Positions 25,322-39,067 of a stretch of DNA of 64,000 nt are shown here, one piece after another. Where the stretch lies: assembly GCF_000143415.4 (NCBI RefSeq), contig NW_003314272.1, positions 1,682,374 through 1,746,373 of the forward strand, in the 5' to 3' direction. Below the pieces are notes generated by a model, which was not told where the DNA came from, searched no databases, and worked only from the letters and a program-made list of their open reading frames with translations. The position numbers were made by a program, and so were the translations under genes. Positions within the stretch are counted from its first letter, which is position 1. The number at the start of each line of letters is the position of its first letter. This DNA is from Selaginella moellendorffii (taxonomy: Eukaryota; Plantae; Lycopodiophyta).

Positions 25322-28300
25322 ATGTCTGTGGGTGATAGGCTGTGCTGAATTTCAACTTGGTGCGATACTGTTCCAGGAGAGTCCTCCAGAACCTACTGGT
25401 GAAGATCTTATCTCGATCTAAGATGATCTCTTCCGGTCTTCCCCGCACTCGAACCACTTGTTCGAAGAATAGCTTTGCCACACCTTCCGCATCCACCTCC
25501 GTTGTGGTGGGTATGAAATGTGCCATTTTCGAAAATCGGTCCACCACCACGAATATCGCATCAAACCCCTCGCTTGGGGGGAGTCCCGTGATGAAGTCCA
25601 TTGTAAGACATTTCCACGGACGATCTGGAATTGGGATGCTTTGCAGCAAGCCCCCACTAGCCTTAGTCACGGCTTTTACCTGCTGACATGTTGGACATGT
25701 CTTTACATAGTCTTGGACGTCCTTAGCCATATCTGGCCAATGGTACTTCCTCTTGAGTAAGCCCATCGTCTTGGGCACTCCATCGTGTCCTGCAAGAGGT
25801 CCGTCATGACACTCTTCTAAGGCCACCTTCCTTAGTTCCCCTTCTGGAACATACACCCTCGTTTGCTTGTAATAGATGAGTCCGTTGCGTTCCGCATAGC
25901 CCGTTTTCTCTTCCGTTGGCAGCTCACCTCTCTGGTGAGCTTCCCGTGCCTCTAGATTCCTCAGCAACACTTCTTGTGCTAGACCATCGTTCTCATATGC
26001 TGTCCGCACATTGTCCTAGAAGGTTGCTGTTGCGCTGGATATTGCCAACCTCAAGCTTGCTTTTCGACTTAGTGCATCCGCCACGATGTTGCTCTTCCCA
26101 GGCTTGTACAGAATCTCGCAATCAAACTCGGCCAAGGCATTGGCCCACCGACCTTGTTTCCCTCTTAGGTCGGGCTGTGACAAGAAGTGTTTCGTTGCCA
26201 CATTGTCCGTGTAAACCTTGAAGTGCCTCCCAAGGTAATGTCGCCACTCCTTGAGCGCCTTGACCACCGCAAACAATTCCTTCTCATGGGCAGGCCACTT
26301 CCGTTGAGCCTTGTCCAACTTCTTCGAGAAGAACGCTACCGGAAAGTCCGAAGCATCCATTTCTACCTCAAAGTCCTTACCAAAGTTTGGTAATGCCAAT
26401 ACGGGAGCCTTCCTCAACTTCCCTTTGAGGTGGACGAATGCCACCTTGCATTCCGCTGTCCATACCATCTTCCCTTTTCCTGTTTGGTCTGTTAAGGGCA
26501 GGGCTACTCTCGAATAGTGTCTGATAAACTTTCGATAGTAGTTGCATAGCCCCAAGAATGCCCTCAACTCGTGTACATTCGATGGTCGCTCCCATTCCTG
26601 GATCGCTTGGACCTTCTCTGGGTCCAGCTTGAGCCCGTCCTGGCCCACCACATGCCCAAGAAACTTTACCTCTTGTTGAGCAAAGTCACATTTGCTCTCT
26701 TTAGCATACAATTTGTGTTCCCTTAGTTTCTCAAACACCTTCGCCAAGTCTTCGGCATGCTCCTCTAGCGTCTCGCTATAGATCAGGATGTCGTCGATAT
26801 AGACGACCACGAAGTGATCCAGATAGGGTACAAAGATGTGGTTCATTAGCGCCGAAAACGTTGCCGGCGCATTACATAGCCCGAAGGGCATCACCAGAAA
26901 CTCAAAGCTCCTATACCTCGTTCGACAGGTTGTCTTTTCGACATCTTCCTCGGCTACCCTAATCTGGTAGTATCCTGACCTTATGTCAATCTTCGAGAAG
27001 TATTTTGCCTTTCCCAACCTATCGAATAGGTCCTCAATCCTGGGCAAAGGGTACTTGTTTTTCTTTGTATATTTGTTGAGCAACCGGTAGTCTATCCACA
27101 TGCGCATAGATCCATCTTTCTTTTTCACAAATAACACCGGCGCCCTATATGGCGACTTGCTCAACCTAACATACCATTTGTCCACCAACTCCTCTAGTTG
27201 GCACTTGAGCTCCTTGAGTTCTTTTTCGTTCAAACGATAAGGGGGATGCACCACCGCCTCAGCACCCTCGACCAGCTCAATCTTATGTTCTATCGGTCGT
27301 GCTGGGGGTAGCCCCGCCGGTAGCTCCTCCGGCATGGTATCTTGGAATTGGTCCAACACCTGCTGGATCACTAAAGGTACTTCTTCCATTCCTGTCTTTT
27401 TGTCACTCTTCACCAGAGTAAGCACAAAAAGGCCACCTTAGTTCCTTTTGTGAGTTGTCCTCTCGTGGACACCAGGTTTAAGCAGGAATCTTTGGCCTTG
27501 CTTTGCCCTACCTTTAGATCTTGGGCCTCCACCCTAGATCTTCTTCCTTGCGCATTCGCCAGTACCACAAGGTTTCTACCTTGTCCATGCAGGGCTACCA
27601 CGAATCGATTGAACCAGTCCATTCTGAAGATCACGTCAAATCCCGCCATGTCCAACACAGTGAAATCCATGTCCACCTTCCAAGTCCCCACTTCGACTCT
27701 TGCTTGTCGAAGTACCTCATCAGTGCTTTGGCTACCTTGAACAAACTCTATAGTCCTTGGTTCGCCTAGCCGCTGCACCGTTAGTCTGGTTTGCCGGACT
27801 ATGTCTGCAGCCACAAAATTATCCGAAGCACCCGTATCAATAAGGATCTTAACAAAGCTACCTCCGAGCTTCCCTCGGAGGGCTAGTAGATGTCACGAAC
27901 GACTCTCTACCAAAGTTGCTCGTGTAATGAGTAACTTTGAGTTAGGGACTGGATCACATACCTCAGTTTGGACTTCACCCGACTTGATGGCCATATTGGC
28001 TCTGGCCTTCTTCGGGTAGGGACATTCCCTCGAGAAGTGTCCCGCTTCACCGCAGTTGTAGCATACGTTACTTCCCACGCTGCTATACGACTTGACCTTC
28101 TTATCCGTGGGTTTGTCTCTTTTGGCTTGACTCCCCCACGTACTCGCTCGCTGGCCACCGGATCTGCCTTTCCGGAACCCCGAGGACTCATTCTTAGAGA
28201 AACTCTTCTTGAATTTCCCTCTGCTAAACGTTCCCCTTGGTTTGGCCCCTTTGCTAAACGTGGATCCTGACCCCATCGTGTTCCCCTTTCACAGGTTATC

Positions 28301-31124
28301 GTTGAAATGCACCTTGATGGCCACATCCAACGCTTCTTTGTAGTTGGTCGGGTTCCACCGCATCACTTTGCCGCGAGCCCAGGTTTGCAAACCTGATATG
28401 AAGGCATGGAACGCATCCATATCCCCCATGTCCGTGACAAGTATCCTCTTTGCCATAAACCCATTCACATACTCCTGAATGGTTCCGGTCTGCTTCAGCC
28501 TACTCAGCTCGTCCCTTAGATGCAGAGTAGCATTCGGAGGAACGTAAGTTGTGCGGATCCTCACCTTCATCATTTCCCAAGTGCAATTTTTGCTCTCAGC
28601 TCCTCGGTCTTTGAAAAGAATAGCGATTCCTGAGCATCGTTTGGCTGCTACTAATCAATGTCAATTCTTCGAAACTGCCCAAGCACTGTGGCCCTTGTGA
28701 TCAATCCCAGCCACCGGTCCTTCGTTGGCCTCTGTCATTCTCCACCAAGACTTGGCATTATCTGCCAAGTATGGTTTTGCACATGGGACCTTCTCCGAGC
28801 TCGGTAATCGCAACACTCGGAAGTAGTCCTCCATATCATAAAACCAATCCTCCACCACCTTATAGTCGTTCACTCTCTTGAAGACCGGTGGGGGCTTTGG
28901 TTTGTACTTGGGAACTGCCTGAGGGACTGATTCCACTTCGGTCTGTTCGACCTTGTCTGGTTTTGCCTCAGTCCCTGCCGAAGGGTCTGCACCTTCTGCG
29001 CTGCCAGCATCCGTAGTCTTTCGCTTTTTCTTTCGCTTCTCATCACGCTTTAGCTTGCGTACGAGAGTCTTTAGCAGGGCATTGGTCTGTGCCAATTGTC
29101 CTTCTAGAACATCCAATCGAGCCTTGGACGACCGAACCTCATCACCAGACTCCTGTTTGGAAGTTGCCTCACTAGAGTCCTCCTCATGCAACGATTCCTC
29201 ATCCATAGCCTCCTGTTCGACCGGAGGCTCTAGCTCTGGAGGAGGTTCCGTCTCTGCCTGGGTTCACTTACGTCCTGCCCTTGCCATCTCCCAGCAATCC
29301 GCCTCTATCCTTCGCTAGAACTGAGGAAGAGGCTCTGATACCAAATTGTAAACCACAAATTTTTCCTTTCCAATTTGCCAGCTTACCTCGTCTATCCGAC
29401 CAACTCTGCCTTGGCTTGTGCTAAGTTCCCTTGCCAAGGTTCCCGCCTATGGTACCAGCTCCTACTTGGTCCTACTTGGTTTCAGCTACTCACTGCACGA
29501 GCAACGGAGTGTTAGCCATCCATCTACGGATTCCCAAATCTCTCCCAATCCCCTTCCCCGGGTTAGACTGGACTTAAGGTTCAGCTACACTCCCCGCAGG
29601 CACAAGCAACCAAGCACACCAAGCCTCCAGGTTCCTAACACCCCTTGGTACCACAAGACTTGATCATGGGACCCTCTAAATCCCAAGTCTTGGGTGCAGC
29701 ACTTGCTTCGGGATGTTAGGGCGAAACACCGTGGCCTAACGGCCCGGTATGGGTACCTCTACCCCCCCACTTCCATCCCGAAGGGAAGGCCCAAGCCCCT
29801 AGGAAGGGCGAGGACCAATGAGCCACAAGGTACTCAAGTGGGGCACCACTCCACATGAGCCGGGAGCACCACAGTCGGTTTCCCTTTCGGGAGTGGGAGC
29901 TGCTCTTGAGCACTTCCCTGGGTGGCCCCTCCGGCACCACTCAAGCCCATGCTCACTCCCACCCAAGGCCCCTTGGCCCCAGTCTCAACCTCAAGTCAGT
30001 TTGGAAGCACCACTGGAGAGTTCCTTCAAGACTGGTTCCTGGACCTCACTATCCCTACTATAGTTTTGGAACCCTCTGCAGCCCCCCCGCCCCCCCCCCC
30101 CCCCCCCTGGGAGACGCACACTTTGGGCTTTCACCCCTTGACCCGTATTAGTATTTGGACTTAGTTTCTGGCTCGGTCTCGGACCTGATTTCGGATCCGA
30201 CTTCGGATTCGGTCTCGGACTCGATCTCGGACTTGATCTCGGACCCGATCTCGGACCCGACCTCGGACTCGACCTCGGACTCGGTCTCGGACCCGATTTC
30301 AGATCTCGGACTCCGTCTCGAACTCGGTCTCGATCCGGACTTGAACTCGGTCCCCGAGTCGGTCTCGGACTCGATTCCGGACTCTATCTCGAACTCGGTC
30401 CTAGAGTCGGTCTTAGACTCGATCTTCGACTTGGTCCCATCCGATGAACTCTTTGTCATTTTGGTCATGCTTTTGGGGTTCCTTTAGCCTACGACACCTC
30501 GGCGAGTTGGTTCCTTACAGAATGATAATACGGTGGAGGATTAATTTTATGATATGAAAGATTACTTCTGAGCATTGTAGTTACCGAGCTCGAAAAAATC
30601 TCTGTGTAAAACCATACTTGGTAGATAATACTAAGTTGTGGTGGAGAACAACAGAGGCTAACGAAGGACTAATGGCCACTTGGGAAATGATGAAAACAAA
30701 GATCTGTGCAATTTATATTTCTCTGAATACTACTCTACATCTAAGAAATGAGCTGAATAGGCTGAAGCATATAGGAATTATTCAAGAGTATGTGAATGCA
30801 TTCATAGTGAAAACAATCCTTGTCATAGACATATATGACATAGATGCATTCCATACCTTCATATTAGGCTTATAAACTTGGGCTTGAGGCGAGGTGATAT
30901 GTTGAAACTCAACCAACTATAAGGAAGTATTGGATGTAGTTATTAATATGCATTTCAATGATAACCTGTGAAAGGGGAACACAATGGGGTCAAGGTCCAC
31001 ATTTAGCAAAAGAGCCAACCAAGAGGGACATATGGCAAAGGGAAATTCAAGAAGAGTTTTTCTAAGAATGAGTCCTCAAGGTTTCAGAAAGGCAGATTTG
31101 ATGGATAACGAGCAAGTATGTAGG

Positions 31125-34100
31125 TGTAGGCGACTAATTTTTCCATTCTACTTTAGTCACTTAACCACACCTCGGACCACTTGGAGGAGTCTCATTCACA
31201 ACCTCCATTAGTCCAATTCAGGACTTGGGACTTGCTAGCCCCAAGAATGGCATCCATGCCACTCAACACTTGCACCTGGTCCGAGTGCTCCACGTGTCCG
31301 GTCCTGAGACCGACACCCAAAGGTACCACTGACATCTCGGCCCGTTACGCTAAGGCCATGCCCATTCACCTTTGCTGCACTAGTGGTTCAACACCACTTG
31401 CATCACCACCTTGTCTCTCCAAGACTGGGCCATGTGTCCACGAGTGGTCATCCTAGATCCACTCCTTAGCATCCTTAGGATGCCCACAGACCTGGGGAAT
31501 TGCCTTCCCCAAAGTCCCTTTGTCAGTTCCTACCAAGTCCCTTTCTGCCCCTGGCCGTGTTTGCCAACACTGCCACTGGATCGAGGCCCACAGGCCCGAC
31601 CACTAAGTCCCACGGTCCTCTGGGACTTCCTCACCACACGACTGTGTCCTTGGTCACTACCCCAGAGGACTGCTCCTCTTCCTTTCCACAGTCTGGGCCT
31701 TTGGGACGACATTTCGGAACACCGTGGCCTTACGCGAGCCACCTGGGTACTCTCCCCACTTATCGCCTTTAGGTGCTCTAGCCATGGGCTTAGAGCGAGG
31801 TTCCGTTGAGCCACGCCTGGTATCCAAGTAGGTAGTGCCACCCACACTTGGACTGGGAGCATCGGCCAGTCGATCTCCCGGGGGAACTAGAGCCGGCTCT
31901 TGAACACTTCACCAAGCTACCCCGCTTGTCGGTCCGTATTCACTCTAGTCTTGGACTTCCCAGCGGTCAGTTCATCACCCAACACTGGGTCTGGCCTTCC
32001 TGGGCCAAACTAGCCTTTCCTGGCCAAACTGGCTCCACTGCAGTCCTCCCCCTCTATACTTTTGGGGCTCACCAAACCCCCCAGGGTCTGGGAGACGAAC
32101 GCTTTGGGCTTTCACCCTCTCAGGCTCCGGACTCGGACTCGGACTCGGACTCGGACTCGGACTCGGATTCGGACTCGGACTCGGGCTAGGGCTCGGTCTC
32201 GGCCTTGGCCTCGGTCTCGGTCTCGGTCCCGATCTCGGTCTCGGTCTCGGTCTCGGTCCCGGTCTCGGTCCCGGTCTCGGTCTCGACTTCGGACTCCATC
32301 TCGGACTCCATCTCGGACTCCATCTCGGGTCCATCTCGGGTCCATCTCGGACTCCATCTCGGACTCCATCTCGGGTCCATCTCGGACTCCATCTCGGACT
32401 CCATTTCGGGTCCACCTCGGGTCCACCTCGGACTCCATCTCAGACTCCATCTCGGACTCCATCTCGGGTCCATCTCGGGTCCATCTCGGACTCCATCTCG
32501 GACTCCATCTCGGGTCCATCTCGGACTCCATCTCGGACTCCATTTCGGGTCCACCTCGGGTCCACCTCGGACTCCATCTCGGACTCCATCTCAGACTCCA
32601 TCTCGGGTCCATCTCGGACTCCACTTCGGACTCCAACTCGGGTCCATCTCGGGTCCACCTCGGACTCCATCTCGGACTCCATCTCGGACTCCATCTCGGA
32701 CTCCACTTCGGACTCCAACTTGGGTCCATCTCGGGTCCACCTCGGACTCCACTTCGGACTCCAACTCGGGTCCATCTTGGACTCCACTTCGGACTCCAAC
32801 TCGAGTCCATTTCGGACACTCCCACGTGTCATGTGTTGGTCCTTTTGGGTCCCTTTTTGGAGCCTCGCCTTTTGCTTGCTTCGTGCTCGTTCCTTGAGCA
32901 CTTCGTTGGGAGTTCCACTCCCGCTCTTGACTTTTCAAGTCGGAGCTTTTGGTCCAAACGTGTTACGCTCGTTTGGCTCTCACTTCGGCCACTACCATGT
33001 GGCGCCCTTCCGGCTCCACTTTGGGGCCTAGGGATTTCTGTCTCACAACTCCACCACCCATAGACGAAGTTCGATGTCCTCATCGAACGGTAAACCATTT
33101 TGTAAAGTAACACTCGTATGTGTTACCATTTCCATCCTTGGCACCTAGCCAATATTTGTCAATGGTTTGACATTGAAGGCTCACCATGCCTTTTGCATAT
33201 GCCTCAATGGTTTGACACCAAAGGCTCACCATGCCTTGCCTATCCTCTAAGGAGGGTAGTCTCCCCAACTTAGAGACTGATTGGACCACAAGGAGTGGTT
33301 CTCTCCTTTTATTGGTTTAGTTCTCGCTAAACCTCTTAGAGACCCTTCTCTAAGTCAATCCCACTACTCCTTCTCGAGTAGTCTCAATTTCCATCGATAT
33401 AACCTTTGCACTTTGGAACTTTGAATTTTGACTTCTTGGAGTCAATTTCCTAGGTGTCTCCGACACCTTGCCTTGCACCTTTTGTGCAACTCCACTTCCC
33501 ATCCTAGGAAGTTCTCTACTCGAGGGCACCATCATCCTCTCTTCTATTTCGTGCCAAAGTTCCAGTTATCATACTTTGTGTTAGGGCCGTTCATCGCCCT
33601 ATCATTTGGCTACCTTACCGCTCCCTCCCTTGGAGCTTCCACTTTTGCCAAATCGGAGCAATTCGGAATCCCTCCTTGGAAACACACTTCCTTTCCCGCA
33701 ACTTGTTAGCGTCCAACACATTAGTGTTCCTCGCCTAACTTTGTCACTTGGATTCCTTCCAAGGGATTCCACGGCCCTATCTTGGCCATTCATCTTTTGC
33801 TCCTATCCGTTGATTGTTGCACTAAGCAACATCGAATCTCTACCTCCCTCCTTGAGGTATTGTTTCGGTTCCATAGCAAAGACTCTTCTTTGCCAAGTCC
33901 GGAGGATGTTCACCCCTAGTACGTCTCTTTAGCATCTTCTGCTATGGGCTCTATCCACGGCCCAACTTCGTGACCCTCCCATGGGTCTTTTATAGAGACT
34001 ACTTTCCTCGGACTCACTATGCCATCGCACGGACATAGTTTATTTCCCTTAGGTGCTCTTCCCACTTGGTTATCACGACCAAGCCACACCACCTTAAACA

Positions 34101-37100
34101 GTTCAATCTCAACATTTTGAACCAGGAACTTCATTCCTTAGCCAACCAAGGACCTTGTCCTTTTCTGGCCATAAGATCACCTAGTGATCTCACCTTGGCA
34201 CCTTAACAGAGTTGCCAAGAGGTACTTGGTTTTCTAGACCTCCAAGTTGTTGACTATAACCCCGGGGGCATCCCCCACACTTGGCGGTGCACCCAAGCTA
34301 GCCCTTACGGCCAAGGGTTCATAGCAACTGAGATTAGGTGTCCCCATCTCACTCACCACGACCTTGGTGCCACTTGCACCAAAGTGTTCAAGTTAGATAT
34401 GCTGAGCTTTCACACTAAGCAATCTAACCGTGCATCACGACTCCGAGGCATCCCTCGCTTGGCGGTGTGCCCAAACCAGTCTCCCCACTGAGAGTCCATG
34501 ACCACCGAAATATGAGTGTCCTCATATTCCAAACCATCACCACGCCCTAGTGATTTGGGACTCGAACCCAAGCACTAGAGGGTCGGGACTCGAACCCAAC
34601 CTCCGTATATGCATCTACGGACGGCATCACACTAGATGCCTGGCATGACTCCCCACGCCGGTGCACCAACCTATTTTTAAAGCGCGCTACAGATCACAGC
34701 TTAGGAACCTAGTTCCTCCACACTGCCAAGTCCTCTCACTTGACATGTCTGTGATCATGCATGGACTCCTCCATGCTCGGCCCCATGGCCCACCCTTTTT
34801 GAAGTTATCACCTTCAACTAGGGTCTTTGTTCCCCCGACGTGCCAATCTCACTTGGCAAGTCCTCCGACCATTGTAACATGGTTCCTGCATAAGCGTGAA
34901 AGTCCTTGACCATCGACTTTCGTTCAAAGCCCTCTCTTTGAACACTCGGGAACTACTTCCCTAACCTTGATAACCTTGCCTCATGGCAAGCTTCAAGACC
35001 ACGCTTCTGCTGCGCCACTCTGATTTCGTGCGTTCCATGAACCATTTACACTTGGCCTTTCTAGGTACTACGCTACCTAGAATCGTCTTTGGGAACCTTG
35101 AAGGAACTCTGTCCCTCAGCTTGCTAAGGCCTCCCCTTTCGCAAGCTTTATAGTTGCCATATAGTCTAACATGGACAATTCCATATTTTAGACTCTCCAT
35201 GGCATCACGGTTGCTAGCAACAACATCCTCGAGCACCCTCTTGATTCCCCACTCCCAACTTTCATAACCACTGTTGGATATGCCCTTTGATTTCTATGGT
35301 TCAATTCCATCCCAATACTACTTGCTTTTGGCTTCACACCTTTCCTTCGGTCATTCTCCTCCAGACCAGGAGGATAGCTTTGCACTTTCTGTCATGCTTT
35401 AGCAAGTATTCTTAGGGATGGACCTACCCAATAGCCTAGGGAGTGGTTCCTCAATCCGGGTATGCTCACCTTATAATCCCACACACTGGGATTACATTGT
35501 TGCTTATGGGCCTTTACATGCCCATCACTAGCCTTGCCAAAATTCCATTTTTGGCTTTGTCCAATTCGGGTAGACAGTCCTCTCCTGTCTCCGCAACCTT
35601 GGACATTTGGATAGCACCTTCTATCCATCATTCGCTAGGGACTTAGTCCCTTGGGCTTTATCCATTGCCCTCGCGACATCAAACACCACCTTCTGGTGTT
35701 CTAGAGTGTCCGGGTGTCCCAATGATGGCTTTCTTGACAATGAGTATTTCCTTTTATGACATTGACTTACTATATCGCAACACAAGCAACTTATCCCCCG
35801 TAAGGGTATATCCAACTTCCTTATGCTATTAAGAAGTCTTGGGTAGCTACCTTCTACCCGTTTAACCAGTTATTTTGCACCTCTTGCTTAGTTGCCTCAT
35901 AGTTGTCAAGTCCTACAACTCATTGCTTGGTGCTTTCACAACTCCATCATTATCTGGGTCACCACACTCCAACTGCATGCTCTGCAGCTTAGGCTATGCT
36001 ATTCCCATTTCCATTGGGATTCCTTTGGCAAGGGGTTCTCATGAACCCACCAACATAGCCTCAAGGTATCACACCTTGGCACATTTGGTGTCTCCACACC
36101 ATCGGCTCCACGAGCCTACCTTTATGACATTTCCCCTTCGTGTCTAAGTCTTTGCCAAGACCAACACCGCTCTTTCTCATGCCAACCATCCGTTAGCACT
36201 GCACCATAGAGGTCACACACAACTTTATGTCAGAGTTGTTTTCTTCTGGGAACACCTTTCCCATAACTTTAGCATGGCCTATTTTGCCATTGATGAGATA
36301 CCCTCTGTTCTCATCCTTGGATCCTATGATCCCCCCCCCATCCTTTGTGGGGTACAACACACCTCAGTCCAAATGCTTCCATCAGTCCTTTTAGGACCAT
36401 CCGTTGACTCTACTTGAGTCATCCAGCAATTTTGGACTTGGTTAATCCACAGACCCGTAAGGTCCTACTTGTGAGGCACTAGCTCACTGGAATACACTTC
36501 TTGCATTCCTGTCCTACTCAAAAGGACTATTTTCACAAGTGTTACTCCGACACTTGATTTTGTTCTCTGGGGGCAACCTTTGCCCCTTAGGACTACTTGT
36601 CCATGTGATGAGAATACCAACTCATCCACTCAATACACCCCAACTCCTTGGGTTGTTCCAGCATTTATTAGAGGTAGCCCCGGCCACCATTTCAAGGACT
36701 TGAGTCTTCTTCCGTATTTGACCTTCCACGGTCATTACCTTTGGTCTCACATTCATGAGCACCAACCTCAACTATATGAGGATAATCTTGTGACTCCTTT
36801 ATTGTTTTAGAGTCTCTATCTTTCCCGTGATCCCAACTTTAGTTGTTTACCACAACAACCTTAGCCAATTTGCTGAAACAAATGCTCATCCGGATCACAT
36901 CCTCAACTCAATGAGGAAAACCTTGCACTGTTCCCAAGATCCCAAAGTCGTTCCATTATTGGCACTTTTCTATCCACCACCTCGTCTACAAGTTCACACA
37001 TGAACTGTAATGGAGAGCCATGTCTTCCCGACTTGCTACTCCTCAAGGATAGACCCACTCCTTGGACCTTCCGATGCCAACACTAGTGGTGATATACTTG

Positions 37101-39067
37101 AGCACCAATAAAAGTCAGACTAAGGAACAGCTCCGATACCAAATTGTAGGCGACTAATTTTTCCATTCTACTTTAGTCACTTAACCACACCTCGGACCAC
37201 TTGGAGGAGTCTCATTCACAACCTCCATTAGTCCAATTCAGGACTTGGGACTTGCTAGCCCCAAGAATGGCATCCATGCCACTCAACACTTGCACCTGGT
37301 CCGAGTGCTCCACGTGTCCGGTCCTGAGACCGACACCCAAAGGTACCACTGACATCTCGGCCCGTTACGCTAAGGCCATGCCCATTCACCTTTGCTGCAC
37401 TAGTGGTTCAACACCACTTGCATCACCACCTTGTCTCTCCAAGACTGGGCCATGTGTCCACGAGTGGTCATCCTAGATCCACTCCTTAGCATCCTTAGGA
37501 TGCCCACAGACCTGGGGAATTGCCTTCCCCAAAGTCCCTTTGTCAGTTCCTACCAAGTCCCTTTCTGCCCCTGGCCGTGTTTGCCAACACTGCCACTGGA
37601 TCGAGGCCCACAGGCCCGACCACTAAGTCCCACGGTCCTCTGGGACTTCCTCACCACACGACTGTGTCCTTGGTCACTACCCCAGAGGACTGCTCCTCTT
37701 CCTTTCCACAGTCTGGGCCTTTGGGACGACATTTCGGAACACCGTGGCCTTACGCGAGCCACCTGGGTACTCTCCCCACTTATCGCCTTTAGGTGCTCTA
37801 GCCATGGGCTTAGAGCGAGGTTCCGTTGAGCCACGCCTGGTATCCAAGTAGGTAGTGCCACCCACACTTGGACTGGGAGCATCGGCCAGTCGATCTCCCG
37901 GGGGAACTAGAGCCGGCTCTTGAACACTTCACCAAGCTACCCCGCTTGTCGGTCCGTATTCACTCTAGTCTTGGACTTCCCAGCGGTCAGTTCATCACCC
38001 AACACTGGGTCTGGCCTTCCTGGGCCAAACTAGCCTTTCCTGGCCAAACTGGCTCCACTGCAGTCCTCCCCCTCTATACTTTTGGGGCTCACCAAACCCC
38101 CCAGGGTCTGGGAGACGAACGCTTTGGGCTTTCACCCTCTCAGGCTCCGGACTCGGACTCGGACTCGGACTCGGACTCGGACTCGGATTCGGACTCGGAC
38201 TCGGGCTAGGGCTCGGTCTCGGCCTTGGCCTCGGTCTCGGTCTCGGTCCCGATCTCGGTCTCGGTCTCGGTCTCGGTCCCGGTCTCGGTCCCGGTCTCGG
38301 TCTCGACTTCGGACTCCATCTCGGACTCCATCTCGGACTCCATCTCGGGTCCATCTCGGGTCCATCTCGGACTCCATCTCGGACTCCATCTCGGGTCCAT
38401 CTCGGACTCCATCTCGGACTCCATTTCGGGTCCACCTCGGGTCCACCTCGGACTCCATCTCAGACTCCATCTCGGACTCCATCTCGGGTCCATCTCGGGT
38501 CCATCTCGGACTCCATCTCGGACTCCATCTCGGGTCCATCTCGGACTCCATCTCGGACTCCATTTCGGGTCCACCTCGGGTCCACCTCGGACTCCATCTC
38601 GGACTCCATCTCGGACTCCATCTCGGGTCCATCTCGGACTCCACTTCGGACTCCAACTCGGGTCCATCTCGGGTCCACCTCGGACTCCATCTCGGACTCC
38701 ATCTCGGACTCCATCTCGGACTCCACTTCGGACTCCAACTTGGGTCCATCTCGGGTCCACCTCGGACTCCACTTCGGACTCCAACTCGGGTCCATCTTGG
38801 ACTCCACTTCGGACTCCAACTCGAGTCCATTTCGGACACTCCCACGTGTCATGTGTTGGTCCTTTTGGGTCCCTTTTTGGAGCCTCGCCTTTTGCTTGCT
38901 TCGTGCTCGTTCCTTGAGCACTTCGTTGGGAGTTCCACTCCCGCTCTTGACTTTTCAAGTCGGAGCTTTTGGTCCAAACGTGTTACGCTCGTTTGGCTCT
39001 CGCTTCGGCCACTACCATGTGGCGCCCTTCCGGCTCCACTTTGGGGCCTAGGGATTTCTGTCTCACA
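31125..39067 (-). mobile_element. B1: non-autonomous LARD-like LTR element, 1923-bp LTRs (31125-33047, 37145-39067), 4.1-kb non-coding interior, TSD GTAGG
   Basis: Near-identical TG...CA LTRs, iMet-type PBS next to 37144, the same PPT as family A, GTAGG at 31120-31124 and 39068-39072, and no recognisable gag/pol ORF. Confidence 0.95.
32127..32820. repeat. LTR-internal tandem array of 6-bp (GGACTC/GGTCTC) and 11-12-bp (GGACTCCATCTC/GGGTCCATCTC) units; also in all other B LTRs, with a related GGACTCGATCTC array in A LTRs
   Basis: Directly visible. Copies occur at about 38147-38840, 44660-45217, 50560-51172, 57517-58228 and 59355-60040. Confidence 0.95.

Larger units (their letters stand above)
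24425..29287 (-). pseudogene. A1 gag-pol (gag, CCHC knuckle, protease, RT, RNase H, integrase, chromodomain) with stops/frameshifts and two introns
   Basis: CYNCGEAGHFSREC, LIDTGAS, YIDDIL, DASDF...YTDN, HHCC and MDFITGLP integrase motifs, GPY motif, and chromodomain YEVEAIL...VKWKGF...TWEPEENL. Confidence 0.95.
22849..30519 (-). mobile_element. A1: full-length Ty3/gypsy chromovirus (Galadriel/Tcn1-like), LTRs 22849-24021 and 29347-30519, TSD GAATG
   Basis: TG...CA 1173-bp LTRs, tRNA-iMet PBS (TGGTATCAGAGCC) next to 29346, PPT TATGGGTGGTGGAGT next to 24022, and GAATG at 22844-22848 and 30520-30524. Confidence 0.97.

Noticed and set aside
25274-25329. ACAGAC direct repeat suggesting the first integrase insert is a TE footprint with TSD
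   Set aside because: Removing repeat-to-repeat (50 nt) breaks the frame and the HPQTDG motif, whereas GT-AG excision (46 nt) restores it.
27410-27425. Programmed frameshift between protease and RT in A1
   Set aside because: A0 has the extra base and reads through in frame, so this is a 1-bp deletion private to A1.
32127-32820. CRISPR-like array
   Set aside because: Contiguous tandem units without unique spacers, a eukaryotic context and no cas genes.
32062-33063. Long RS/RD/ES/GL-repeat ORFs (also near 38, 44-45, 50-51, 57-58 and 59-60 kb) resembling SR proteins
   Set aside because: They are open in several frames on both strands only because the 6/12-bp LTR tandem array lacks stop codons; they are not genes.
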